A DNA stretch of 64,000 bases, from assembly GCA_029864405.1 (NCBI GenBank), contig JAOTTP010000004.1:22047-86046 (forward strand), given 5' to 3'. Positions 1 to 9,306 of the stretch are shown here, piece after piece. Both the position numbers and the translations under genes were made by a program. Origin of the DNA: Nitrospirota bacterium (GTDB lineage Bacteria > Nitrospirota > Nitrospiria > Nitrospirales > UBA8639). The notes below the pieces were generated by a model, which was given only the letters and a program-made list of their open reading frames with translations, ran no database searches and was not told the origin of the DNA. Within the stretch, counting starts at the first letter, position 1; each line of letters starts with the position of its first letter.

Positions 1-1
1 T

Positions 2-970
2 GGCCAACATAACACGGACAAGGCATTGAGCCATTTAGATTACTTTCTCCAGCAAAATCCAGATGATTTACATGCACAGGTTCTTAAGGCTCAGATCTAT
101 GGTGAAATGGGGAATTTCCCTGCTGCAATCGAGGAGTTGAATGCGATCTTGCTGGTGAGACCTAACGAATTGCGCGTTCGGGATTTTCTGGGGTTGTTGT
201 ATGAGGAAATGAAAGACTATGACCGCGCAATTCAAGCGTATCAAGCTAATGTCAAAATCGACTCCACTTTTTTCGATAGTATTCTGCATTTAGGTTTTGT
301 GTCCTATCGATTGAAACGCAACCAAGAAGCGCTTTCATATTTGGATCAGGCCGTTAACCTCAGTCCTAAGCGGCCAGAACCGTATTTATTGTTGGGGTTA
401 ACCCATTTTCAAATGGAAGAGTATCAGAAGGCAAAGGCCAGGTTGGAGGAGGGTATTCGCCAGGATCCCTCAAATGCCGAACTGCATTTTAATTTAGGCA
501 CGGTCTATGACAAATTAAACCATTTTGATAAAGTGGTCCGAGAGATGGAAAAGACTCTGGAGTTGGATCCTGAGCATGCGGACGCTTTGAATTATTTGGG
601 GTATAGTTATGCCGATCGTGGCATCAATGGAGATCAGGCCTTGTCTCTTATTCAACGTGCCGTCGCATTAAAACCGGATAACGGGTATTACGTGGATAGT
701 TTAGCTTGGGCCCTCTATAAACTGGATCGAATTGATGAGGCACTGGTAACGATTCAGCGAGCGGTCTCTTTAGTGTCGGATGATCCAGTGATTTATGAGC
801 ATTTGGGGGATATTTTCTTAAGGCAAGATGAGCGAGATAAGGCGCGGGAGGCCTGGCTTCATTCACTGCAACTCGATTCAACAAATGCGACGCTGGGAAA
901 GCGGTTTCGTGACGTCGGTTTTGGGGAACCTATTCCTACCCTTTCCCACCAGTCTACCTTGACCCCCTAG
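2..970 (+). CDS. TPR-repeat protein (5' end lies upstream of the window)
   Basis: Many TPR motifs (e.g. HADALNYLGYSYAD, YVDSLAWALYK, IYEHLGDIF); the frame is open back to position 2. Confidence 0.85.
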   Translation, partial: GQHNTDKALSHLDYFLQQNPDDLHAQVLKAQIYGEMGNFPAAIEELNAILLVRPNELRVRDFLGLLYEEMKDYDRAIQAYQANVKIDSTFFDSILHLGFVSYRLKRNQEALSYLDQAVNLSPKRPEPYLLLGLTHFQMEEYQKAKARLEEGIRQDPSNAELHFNLGTVYDKLNHFDKVVREMEKTLELDPEHADALNYLGYSYADRGINGDQALSLIQRAVALKPDNGYYVDSLAWALYKLDRIDEALVTIQRAVSLVSDDPVIYEHLGDIFLRQDERDKAREAWLHSLQLDSTNATLGKRFRDVGFGEPIPTLSHQSTLTP

Positions 971-1377
971 CCTCTCACCTTTCCAGGCATTTAGCCTTTT
1001 GGGCGAGCCAATACATATATCATGAGGAACTTCCCGATTATTTTGGGGGGCGGGGTGGGCGTCTTATCTGATTTAGTGTAGGGTCTGAATCATTTTCAGC
1101 CGCGGATTCTTAAGATTTAGTTTCTTTTTGGCGATCAAATAGTCACGCCTTTTTTTTATCTGCATTGCAGGACAATAAGGCCCTTCCATGCTTGGTGTCA
1201 CCAAGAAGGTCCGTTGTATGAGTTTAGTGGCATTTGTCGCAGATTCATTGCCGTCATTGAGGTCGTGTTGATTGTCACCGGACCCTGGCTACTTGAGAAG
1301 ACCAGGTGTACCATCATCCGATGGTGAGGACTATGCAACAATCTGTTGGAGGGATTCCCTCCTTGGAGGTTTCTAGA

Positions 1378-1824
1378 ATGCTAAATCAACTCAATGACCA
1401 AAAAGGCTTCAGTTTAACTGAGCTGATGATTGTGGTGGCAATTATTGGAATTTTGGCGACCATAGCCATACCCAATTTTTTGCGTTACCAAGCCAAAGCC
1501 AAGCAAACAGAGGCAAAAAGCAATTTGGTGGCAATCCATACTGCACAAATTGCCTATTTCGCTGAAAATAATGGATATATAGATGATTTTAACGCGATTG
1601 GATTTGCCATGAGTGGGTCCTCGCAACGATATTTTTATAAAATCGGCAATGCCAATCTTGGAACATTACCTCCTGGTTGTACCGACCCGAATTTAGATGC
1701 TGTGAGTGCATTAGGTTTTACGGCAGTTGCGATTGGGAATGTTGATGGAGATGCGACCTGCGACGTGTGGACCATTAATGAGGAAAAGGTCATTACGAAC
1801 GTGACCAATGATGTGTCTTCCTAG
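1378..1824 (+). CDS. pilA: Type IV pilin, PilA-like
   Basis: Class III signal KG|FSLTELMIVVAIIGILATIAIP with E5; GGAGG RBS before ATG 1378; C-terminal Cys pair and GNVDGD..DVW motif. Confidence 0.85.
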   Translation: MLNQLNDQKGFSLTELMIVVAIIGILATIAIPNFLRYQAKAKQTEAKSNLVAIHTAQIAYFAENNGYIDDFNAIGFAMSGSSQRYFYKIGNANLGTLPPGCTDPNLDAVSALGFTAVAIGNVDGDATCDVWTINEEKVITNVTNDVSS

Positions 1825-1840
1825 TTTTTTTGTGTCAGGG

Positions 1841-1849
1841 TGTTATACT
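1841..1849 (+). promoter_or_regulatory. Extended -10 promoter for the nucleotide-sugar dehydrogenase
   Basis: TGTTATACT about 90 bp upstream of the GTG at 1939. Confidence 0.35.
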
Positions 1850-1938
1850 GTCAAGGCAAATCAACGCAAGAAGAATTGATTTTCCCCGAAGATTACTTGA
1901 ATCGTTTATAAGAAGCATGCCTCAAGAGGAGGGTACAA

Positions 1939-3246
1939 GTGGACATACTTGAAAAAATTAAAAATCGGTCAGCCAACGTTGGAGTGATTGGGTTGGGCTA
2001 TGTGGGTCTTCCCTTAGCCGTTCTTCAGGCCAAAGCCGGGTATCATGTGTTTGGGGTAGATGAGGTGACAGCCAAGGTTGAAATGGTGAACCAAGGGCGT
2101 AATTATATTTTGGATGTGGTGGACTCCGAGTTACGAGAAGTCGTAGAGCAAAAAAAATTAGAGGCGACAACCGATTTCTCTGTGTTGCGGCAGTGCGATG
2201 TCATTCTTATTTGTGTGCCGACTCCCCTGACAAAAAATAAAGAACCGGATATCTCGGCGATTGTGAAAGTTCTTGGGCATCTTGCCGATTATTCACATCC
2301 CAACATGCTCGTTGTATTAGAAAGTACAACCTATCCTGGTACAACCGAGGAAGTCATTTTGCCCGCCTTAACGGCAACGGGCTTAACGGTTGGAAAAGAT
2401 CTGTTTGTCGCATTTTCGCCAGAACGGGTTGATCCTGGAAATGCCGAGTTTAAGACTCATAACACCTTTAAATTGGTGGGTGGTGTCACCGAAGCTTGCG
2501 GGGAAGTTGCGAAAACCTTTTATGAACAATCCATCGTGAAAATCTTTCCTCTCAGCTCGCCACGAGTAGCAGAAATGGCTAAGGTATTTGAAAATGTTTT
2601 TCGCTCAGTGAATATTGCCTTAGTGAATGAGCTCACCTTGTTGTGTGACCGAATGAACATTAATGTCTATGAAGTGATTGATGCTGCAGCCACCAAGAAT
2701 TTTGGTTTTATGCCTTTTTACCCTGGTCCTGGTGTGGGTGGGCATTGTATCCCTCTAGATCCATATTATTTAGCATGGAAGTCCAAAGAGTATGATGTCC
2801 ATACCAGGTTCATTGAACTGGCTGGAGAAATCAACGAAAATATGCCGTATTTCGTGATGAATAAGCTCCAGCGGGTTTTAAATCAACGAGGGAAATGCTT
2901 AAAAGGTTCAATCATTCTCGTGTTGGGAGTAACCTATAAAGCCGACATTGAAGATCCACGTGAATCGCCCGCCACAAAAGTCATGGAGTTGCTGCAACAT
3001 GAAGGTGCCGATTTGCAATATTCTGACCCCTATACTCCTTCTCTCATTATTCAGGGACAGGAATATAAATCTCAACAGGTAAATCCTGAATTGTTGCAGC
3101 GCAGTGCCTGTGCCTTGGTTTTGACCGCGCATTCTGCGTTTGATTACCAGTTGATTGTCGATCACGCTCCCGTGGTATTTGATACACGGAATGGAACTCG
3201 TCAGGTGAAGCAACACCGTGATCGTATTGTGTTGCTTTCAACCTAA
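1939..3246 (+). CDS. UDP-N-acetyl-D-glucosamine/mannosamine 6-dehydrogenase (WbpA/WecC family)
   Basis: GLGYVG Rossmann motif, LESTTYPGTT, FSPER, catalytic GGHCIPLDP, DPRESP. Confidence 0.92.
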   Translation: MDILEKIKNRSANVGVIGLGYVGLPLAVLQAKAGYHVFGVDEVTAKVEMVNQGRNYILDVVDSELREVVEQKKLEATTDFSVLRQCDVILICVPTPLTKNKEPDISAIVKVLGHLADYSHPNMLVVLESTTYPGTTEEVILPALTATGLTVGKDLFVAFSPERVDPGNAEFKTHNTFKLVGGVTEACGEVAKTFYEQSIVKIFPLSSPRVAEMAKVFENVFRSVNIALVNELTLLCDRMNINVYEVIDAAATKNFGFMPFYPGPGVGGHCIPLDPYYLAWKSKEYDVHTRFIELAGEINENMPYFVMNKLQRVLNQRGKCLKGSIILVLGVTYKADIEDPRESPATKVMELLQHEGADLQYSDPYTPSLIIQGQEYKSQQVNPELLQRSACALVLTAHSAFDYQLIVDHAPVVFDTRNGTRQVKQHRDRIVLLST

Positions 3247-3292
3247 GGAGAGTTTCAATACAGAACGTATTAACTGGCGAAGAGGCATCGGC

Positions 3293-3321
3293 TTGACAGT
3301 CTAGTCACGTTTCGTTATAAA
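3293..3321 (+). promoter_or_regulatory. sigma70 promoter of the shc operon
   Basis: TTGACA-17 bp-TATAAA upstream of shc. Confidence 0.7.
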
Positions 3322-3344
3322 ACCCTGTTTAGGCAGGGTTTTTT
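3319..3344 (+). terminator. Intrinsic terminator after the nucleotide-sugar dehydrogenase
   Basis: AAAACCCTGT-TTAG-GCAGGGTTTT hairpin followed by TT. Confidence 0.65.
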
Positions 3345-3428
3345 GTGTCATTTGCCCCGCTTCTGTTGGTAATAAGCATTCCCCCAAAATAGCATTCTCA
3401 ATAATTGAAATTTTAAAAGAACGGCTGC

Positions 3429-5609
3429 ATGAAGTTGCTCAAGCAATTCTTGGTACGGTTATCGGGGAATCTCTTTGAGACCCTTACCCCAAAGTTGAAA
3501 CCGTATCGAGAGAAGCAAAAGCCACCGCCCCTTACCCTCGTTTCCCACAACCTGCATCCGGCGGTCTCTCCCGATCCTACCTTCCAACGAACGGCCAATC
3601 TTGGCCATATGAGTGCTCTGGATTCAGCTCTTCAGAAAGGGGAAGACTGGCTATTGGGCCGGCAAGATCCTGAACAGGGATTTTGGGTTGAGGAGTTGGA
3701 GGCCGATACGACCCTCACGTCTGAGTATGTGATGCTTCGACGGTTTCTGGATGTGATTGATCTGGAAAGAGAGCGGAAAGCTGCCCGGTATTTACTGCAT
3801 ACTCAACTTGAGGATGGAGGGTGGCCGATTTTTTCTGGAGGGCCAGCAGATGTCAGCGCATCGGTGAAGGCGTATTTCGCGCTCAAACTGGCTGGGGTTT
3901 CACCTGATGAACCTGTGATGCAGAGTGCGAGGGATTTAATCCTTCAGAAGGGTGGGGTGGTTCAAGCCAATGTCTTTACCAAAATTACCTTAGCATTATT
4001 CGGGCAATATGATTGGCGGGGGATACCGTGTATGCCTCCGGAAATATTCTTAGCGCCTCAATGGTTTTATTTTAATTTGTATGCAATTTCGTATTGGTCA
4101 CGTGCCGTCATTATCCCGCTTTTAATCATTTTTGCTCATCGCCCTGTTTGCACGATCTCCAAAGAACACGGTATTGATGAGCTTTTCCTGCAGCCTCGTC
4201 AGGAGGTGGACTATGCTCATGTGCCACCGTTGCACCGGGATTCCACCTTCGTAAGTTGGCGGAATTTTTTTGTGTGGGTCGATGGGCTTCTTCGGTTATA
4301 TGAGGCCTACCCCATCAAGGCTCTCAGGAAAAAGGCATTGAAAAGTGCACAGACTTGGATGATTGAGCATATGGATGGAGAAGGCGGATTAGGAGCCATT
4401 TATCCCGCCATGGCTAACTCGATTTTTGCGCTTCGAGCCTTGGGATATTCTACGGATCATCCGTTGGTGCAAAAAGCGTTGAGGGAAATTGAAGCCCTCG
4501 AAATTTACTCGAATCCTGGTAACACCACAACTCCCACTATGCTACATTTACAGCCTTGTCATTCTCCTGTGTGGGATACGGCATTAACGATGAATGCGCT
4601 GATCGAACGGGGCCTTGCGCTGGATCATCCGTCATTACGACGGGCAGATGTCTGGTTGCGGACTCGTCAATGTCAAAAAGTGGGAGATTGGGCCGTATCG
4701 GCTCCGGAAGCTCCGTCAGGTGGATGGGCGTTCCAATTTGAAAATGAATGGTATCCCGATGTTGATGATACCGCTGCTGTCGTGACGGCGTTGGCCAAGA
4801 TCTACCCTCCCGAGTTGTCCGATTCCGATGAGGCCATTCAACGAGGATTTCGTTGGGCTTTGGCTTTGCATGGGTCTGATGGTGGGTGGGGGGCATATGA
4901 CAAGGATAACAATAAATTAATTTTTAATAAAATTCCGTTTGCGGATCATCAGGCTCTCTTGGACCCCAGTACTGCCGATTTAACCGGTCGATGTCTGGAA
5001 ATGTTAGGAGCGTTAGGGTATGACCAGTCCCACCCTGCCGTGAGCAGCGCGATTGAGTTTTTACGAAAGGAACAAGAGCCAAACGGAAGTTGGTATGGCC
5101 GGTGGGGAGTCAATTATATTTATGGGACCTGGTGCGTACTTTCAGGCCTTCGCGCGATAGGTATTGATATGGCGGCGCCCTGGATCCAGCAGGCCGTGAT
5201 TTGGCTAGAGTCCGTTCAGAATCCTGATGGGGGTTGGGGGGAATCCTGTGATTCCTATGCTGAAGCGCAGAAAGCTGGGCGAGGAGATAGTGGGGCATCT
5301 CAAACGGCCTGGGCTCTCATGGCCCTTCTTCAAGCTGGCGAATCGGACTCCATTAGTGTTGTTCGGGGAGTCAATTGGCTCATTCGCCATCAACGTGAGA
5401 ATGGAGTCTGGGAGGAGCCGTTTCATACGGGTACCGGGTTCCCCAGAGTCTTTTATTTACGGTATCACGGTTATTTCAAGTATTTCCCCATATGGGCCCT
5501 GGGTATGTACCGGAACGTAAAAATGACCGGGGAAGCAAGGGCCGACCAATTACGAAAGGCCGCACAAGTGGCCAGACACCACAGTAAACTTGTGTTATTT
5601 CGGTCCTGA
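3429..5609 (+). CDS. shc: Squalene-hopene cyclase
   Basis: Catalytic YPDVDDTA (DXDD), QW repeats (QLEDGGW, QEPNGSW, QNPDGGW), TGTGFPRVFYLRYH. Confidence 0.97.
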   Translation: MKLLKQFLVRLSGNLFETLTPKLKPYREKQKPPPLTLVSHNLHPAVSPDPTFQRTANLGHMSALDSALQKGEDWLLGRQDPEQGFWVEELEADTTLTSEYVMLRRFLDVIDLERERKAARYLLHTQLEDGGWPIFSGGPADVSASVKAYFALKLAGVSPDEPVMQSARDLILQKGGVVQANVFTKITLALFGQYDWRGIPCMPPEIFLAPQWFYFNLYAISYWSRAVIIPLLIIFAHRPVCTISKEHGIDELFLQPRQEVDYAHVPPLHRDSTFVSWRNFFVWVDGLLRLYEAYPIKALRKKALKSAQTWMIEHMDGEGGLGAIYPAMANSIFALRALGYSTDHPLVQKALREIEALEIYSNPGNTTTPTMLHLQPCHSPVWDTALTMNALIERGLALDHPSLRRADVWLRTRQCQKVGDWAVSAPEAPSGGWAFQFENEWYPDVDDTAAVVTALAKIYPPELSDSDEAIQRGFRWALALHGSDGGWGAYDKDNNKLIFNKIPFADHQALLDPSTADLTGRCLEMLGALGYDQSHPAVSSAIEFLRKEQEPNGSWYGRWGVNYIYGTWCVLSGLRAIGIDMAAPWIQQAVIWLESVQNPDGGWGESCDSYAEAQKAGRGDSGASQTAWALMALLQAGESDSISVVRGVNWLIRHQRENGVWEEPFHTGTGFPRVFYLRYHGYFKYFPIWALGMYRNVKMTGEARADQLRKAAQVARHHSKLVLFRS

Positions 5610-5660
5610 CCGCTCGCCTTTTGCCTATCTCCCACTTGCGGATGATGGCAGGAGTCTCTT

Positions 5661-6464
5661 CTGACCAGAATCGCCATATTGACAGCAACCAGTGTAGAGT
5701 TTAATGCTGTTGGCCGTGTTCTTCCCCGTGTGCGCCCTGTTTCCAGACGAGGCCATTCCGGACTAGAAAGTCAGGCCCTGTCAATTCATGTGTTGTTAAT
5801 TCAGACGGGAATAGGCGCGGACAAGGCCCGATCGGCTACCCAGCAAATTTTAGAGAGCGAATCATGGGATGTCATCATTTCCACCGGTTTTGCCGGGGCG
5901 CTCAATTCTTCCCCAATCGGATCGCTGGTGATTGGTCAAGAGGTTCTGTTGGGACAGCCCGCAGACTTGTTGTCTGATTCTGATCCGCAACGAATCGTCT
6001 GCCATCCTGATTGGATCAAGGCGTCCTTAAGCATCCAATTGATGGATGCATATCCTCTTCAATGTGGCCGGTTTGTGACGACGGATCGAGTGCTCACGCA
6101 GGCTTCACAAAAACAAATTCTGGGAAAACGGACAGGAGCAATGGCTATCGACATGGAGAGTGGAGCCATCGGGCAAGTGGCGCAGCAGCATGGCCTTCCT
6201 TTCCTGATTGTCCGTGCGATTTCTGATGGTGTTAACGAAGATTTGCCGGTAGACTTTAATCTGTTTCTCAAGCCATTTGGATGGGTTGGAGGAGTGAGAC
6301 ACGTACTGTTCACACCTCGATGTTGGAAAGGGTTGTTTCGTTTGTACCGGAATTCGAAGCAGGCGGGGTTACAACTTTCCAGATTTTTTGAGAAATTTTT
6401 TGCTACCGTTCCTCTGAGTGCCTCCCCGATTGCCATCACTAAGACTGGGGTTCTTAATCCATGA
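5661..6464 (+). CDS. hpnG: Hopanoid-associated nucleoside phosphorylase (adenosylhopane nucleosidase); probable CTG start
   Basis: PNP/UDP-phosphorylase motifs TGIG, STGFAGAL, IDMESGAI, VRAISD; directly after shc; AGGAG precedes an in-frame CTG at 5661. Confidence 0.82.
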   Translation: MTRIAILTATSVEFNAVGRVLPRVRPVSRRGHSGLESQALSIHVLLIQTGIGADKARSATQQILESESWDVIISTGFAGALNSSPIGSLVIGQEVLLGQPADLLSDSDPQRIVCHPDWIKASLSIQLMDAYPLQCGRFVTTDRVLTQASQKQILGKRTGAMAIDMESGAIGQVAQQHGLPFLIVRAISDGVNEDLPVDFNLFLKPFGWVGGVRHVLFTPRCWKGLFRLYRNSKQAGLQLSRFFEKFFATVPLSASPIAITKTGVLNP

Positions 6465-7228
6465 TACTGGTTCAACGCATTGGGAAACGGGCTCTTTCCC
6501 TAATTGAAGAAATGGGGGCCATGTTTGTGTTCCTGATGCGGACGTTTGGTTGGCTGTTCCGACCGCCAGTGAGGATTTCCCAAATCATCAAGCAAATGCA
6601 TTTTGTGGGTTTCAAGTCGACCTTTGTGGTGTTCCTGACGGCGTTATTTACAGGGATGGTTTTGGCTCTCCAGGGTTACTATTCCTTGAGAAAGTTTGGG
6701 TCTGAAGGGCTCCTGGGATCTGCTGTGGCATTAAGCATGATCCGTGAACTGGGCCCGGTATTGGCTGCATTGATGGTGACGGCTCGTGCGGGATCAGCCA
6801 TGACCGCAGAAATAGGCATCATGCGTATTACCGAGCAAATTGACGCATTGGAGACCATGGCGATCAATTCTTTGCAGTATTTGATTACTCCCAAGGTTGT
6901 CGCGTCTCTTATTTCGGTACCCTTGTTGGTTGCTATGTTTGACGTTGTGGGAATTTGGGGAGGGTATCTGGTCGGGGTCAAGCTGCTCGGAGTCAGCGGG
7001 GGATCGTATTGGAGTTCAATCGAATCAGCTGTGGAATGGAAAGATGTCTACGGGGGAATATTAAAGTCGATTAGTTTTGGCCTGATTATCAGCTGGGTCT
7101 GCTGCTATAAAGGGTATTACACCAGAATGAGTGCCGAGGGTCTTGGAAGAGCGACCACTGAATCTGTGGTGTTAGCCGCAGTGCTTATTTTGGTGTGGGA
7201 CTATTTTTTAACCTCGGTACTTATGTAA
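6461..7228 (+). CDS. mlaE: MlaE-family ABC transporter permease
   Basis: RELGPVLAAL, RAGSAMTAEIGIMRITEQIDAL, GRATT motifs; overlaps the hpnG stop by 4 bp. Confidence 0.93.
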   Translation: MILVQRIGKRALSLIEEMGAMFVFLMRTFGWLFRPPVRISQIIKQMHFVGFKSTFVVFLTALFTGMVLALQGYYSLRKFGSEGLLGSAVALSMIRELGPVLAALMVTARAGSAMTAEIGIMRITEQIDALETMAINSLQYLITPKVVASLISVPLLVAMFDVVGIWGGYLVGVKLLGVSGGSYWSSIESAVEWKDVYGGILKSISFGLIISWVCCYKGYYTRMSAEGLGRATTESVVLAAVLILVWDYFLTSVLM

Positions 7229-7236
7229 CGTTACGC

Positions 7237-8004
7237 ATGTCTACGAGTCTACCGATTATCATTAAGCTGGAGGGGGTTGAAAAGACCTTAGGGGGGCAGC
7301 CTGTGCTCAAAGGGGTCACTCTCGATATCCCTAAAGGTAAAATTACGACGATTATCGGCCCGAGTGGTGAGGGGAAAAGCGTGATGCTCAAGCACATCAT
7401 TGGATTGATTCGCCCGGATCGAGGCAGGGTCATCGTTGATGGAACAGACCTTACGCGAATTAATGAACAGGAATTGAATGACATACGCAAAAAATTTGCT
7501 ATGTTGTTTCAATCGGCCGCGTTGTTTGATTCCATGAATGTATTTGATAACGTCGCCTTTCCCTTGCGAGAAAAGCGCATGATTGCTGAACAGGAAATTT
7601 GTCGATGGGTACCAGAGATGCTGGAGAGAGTGGGGTTGGGCAAGATGGGCCATAAATTTCCGGCTGAACTGAGCGGAGGGATGAAAAAACGTGCAGGGTT
7701 GGCGAGGGCACTGGTGATGGGGCCGGAGATTATTTTATTCGATGAACCGACGACGGGCTTGGATCCGTTGATGGCCCATGCCATTCATGATCTCATATTG
7801 GCCATGCATAAAACATTTGGGTTTACGGGTATCATGGTGAGTCACGAAATTCCAGAGATCTTCCCTATTTCTGATTGGGTTGCTATGTTAAAGAATGGGA
7901 AAGTTATTGCCATGAGTCCTTCAGATGAATTTCAACAGACGACCGATCCCGTGGTTCGTGAGTTTATTTCGGTCAATAATGGCATCCACCTCGCTCCTGT
8001 CTGA
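7237..8004 (+). CDS. mlaF: MlaF-family ABC ATPase
   Basis: Walker A GPSGEGKS, LFQSAALFDS, LSGGMKKR, DEPTTGLDP; ATG at 7237. Confidence 0.93.
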   Translation: MSTSLPIIIKLEGVEKTLGGQPVLKGVTLDIPKGKITTIIGPSGEGKSVMLKHIIGLIRPDRGRVIVDGTDLTRINEQELNDIRKKFAMLFQSAALFDSMNVFDNVAFPLREKRMIAEQEICRWVPEMLERVGLGKMGHKFPAELSGGMKKRAGLARALVMGPEIILFDEPTTGLDPLMAHAIHDLILAMHKTFGFTGIMVSHEIPEIFPISDWVAMLKNGKVIAMSPSDEFQQTTDPVVREFISVNNGIHLAPV

Positions 8005-8125
8005 ATCGCAATTTTCGGGAGTGGTGTATGCAATTAGACGAAAATCTGTGTCACGCTGAATTATGAGAAATTTCTTCCTGGTCTTTGACCCAATCCAAGA
8101 TCAATTAACGTAACTGATTCTTATC

Positions 8126-8569
8126 ATGGAACGTGGAAAACTTGAATTAATCGTCGGAGTGTTTGTGTTAGTGGGGGTCATCTGTCTTGGATATTTGGCC
8201 ATTAAACTGGGGAAGCTTGAACTGGTGGGTGGGGATTATTACGAACTCCAAGCAGAATTCTCTTCCACCTCCGGGTTGAAAAACGGAGCTTCCGTAGAAA
8301 TTGCCGGAGTGGAGGTGGGCCGAGTGAAGAATATTGGCCTGAAAGAAGATCGGGCTCAAGTGGTCCTTGCGATTCATGATGGGATCACGGTGTTTGACGA
8401 TGCGATTGCTTCAATAAAGACTCGTGGCATCATCGGAGAAAAATTCATGGAATTATCTCCCGGTGGGGCTGGAGAACGTCTGAAGACTGGTGGGACTATT
8501 GTGGATACTGAATCTGGAATTGATCTAGAACAGGTAATTAGTCAATTTATCCATGGCAGTGTGGAGTGA
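8126..8569 (+). CDS. mlaD: MlaD (MCE domain) lipid-binding protein
   Basis: N-terminal TM, GLKNGASVEIAGVEVGRV, IKTRGIIGEKFMELSPG. Confidence 0.93.
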   Translation: MERGKLELIVGVFVLVGVICLGYLAIKLGKLELVGGDYYELQAEFSSTSGLKNGASVEIAGVEVGRVKNIGLKEDRAQVVLAIHDGITVFDDAIASIKTRGIIGEKFMELSPGGAGERLKTGGTIVDTESGIDLEQVISQFIHGSVE

Positions 8570-8601
8570 TGCCCGTTTGGTGAAATAGAGGTGGAGGGAA
8601 T

Positions 8602-9294
8602 ATGCAAAGGGAATTGGCTAGGAAATTGGAGGTAACGATGAAGATGGGAGCAAGCGCACGTCGAAGGCTCCATTTTGAAAATTTTCCCAAAAATGCGGCG
8701 GTAATATTTCTTGGTTGGGTAGTAGTTTCTCTGACCTTTTTGACTGGCGCATGGGGAGGGGGCACGCCAACCGGAGCCGTGAAGGAGACCGTTGATCAGG
8801 TTTTTGTGGTGCTGAGGGATCAAGCGCTGAAGGACCCTGCGAGAGAGACAGAGCGGCGCGCGAAGCTCGAGGAAATCATCGGTCAGCGATTTGACTATGC
8901 CGAAATGGCTAAGCGCACCCTGGCTTCTCAGTGGAAGGGGTTAAGTCCAGAGCAACAACAAGAATTTGTTACCTTGTTTCAGCAGTTTTTGGCTAATTCC
9001 TACGTCGGCAATGTAGACGGGTATTCGGGGGAACAAGTGGAGTACCTGAAAGAGCGCGAAAAGGGAGAATTTGCTGAAGTGCAAACCAAAGTGGTGTCTC
9101 CTAAAGTGCAAATACCCTTGGACTATCGTCTGTTACAAAAAAATGGGGAGTGGCGGGTGTATGACGTGGTGATTGATGGAGTGAGCTTGATGAAAAATTA
9201 TCGTGGGCAATTTTCTCGTATCATTAACTCCTCATCGTTTGAAGGCCTCCTCGAGAAACTCCGTTCAAAAGCTGACCTGGGCGCTTCGTCCTAA
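8602..9294 (+). CDS. mlaC: MlaC/Ttg2D (HpnM-like) periplasmic lipid shuttle; start uncertain
   Basis: FDYAEMAKRTL..W, WRVYDVVIDGVSLMKNYRGQF. Confidence 0.9.
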   Translation: MQRELARKLEVTMKMGASARRRLHFENFPKNAAVIFLGWVVVSLTFLTGAWGGGTPTGAVKETVDQVFVVLRDQALKDPARETERRAKLEEIIGQRFDYAEMAKRTLASQWKGLSPEQQQEFVTLFQQFLANSYVGNVDGYSGEQVEYLKEREKGEFAEVQTKVVSPKVQIPLDYRLLQKNGEWRVYDVVIDGVSLMKNYRGQFSRIINSSSFEGLLEKLRSKADLGASS

Positions 9295-9306
9295 GGAGTC
9301 GGCTTT

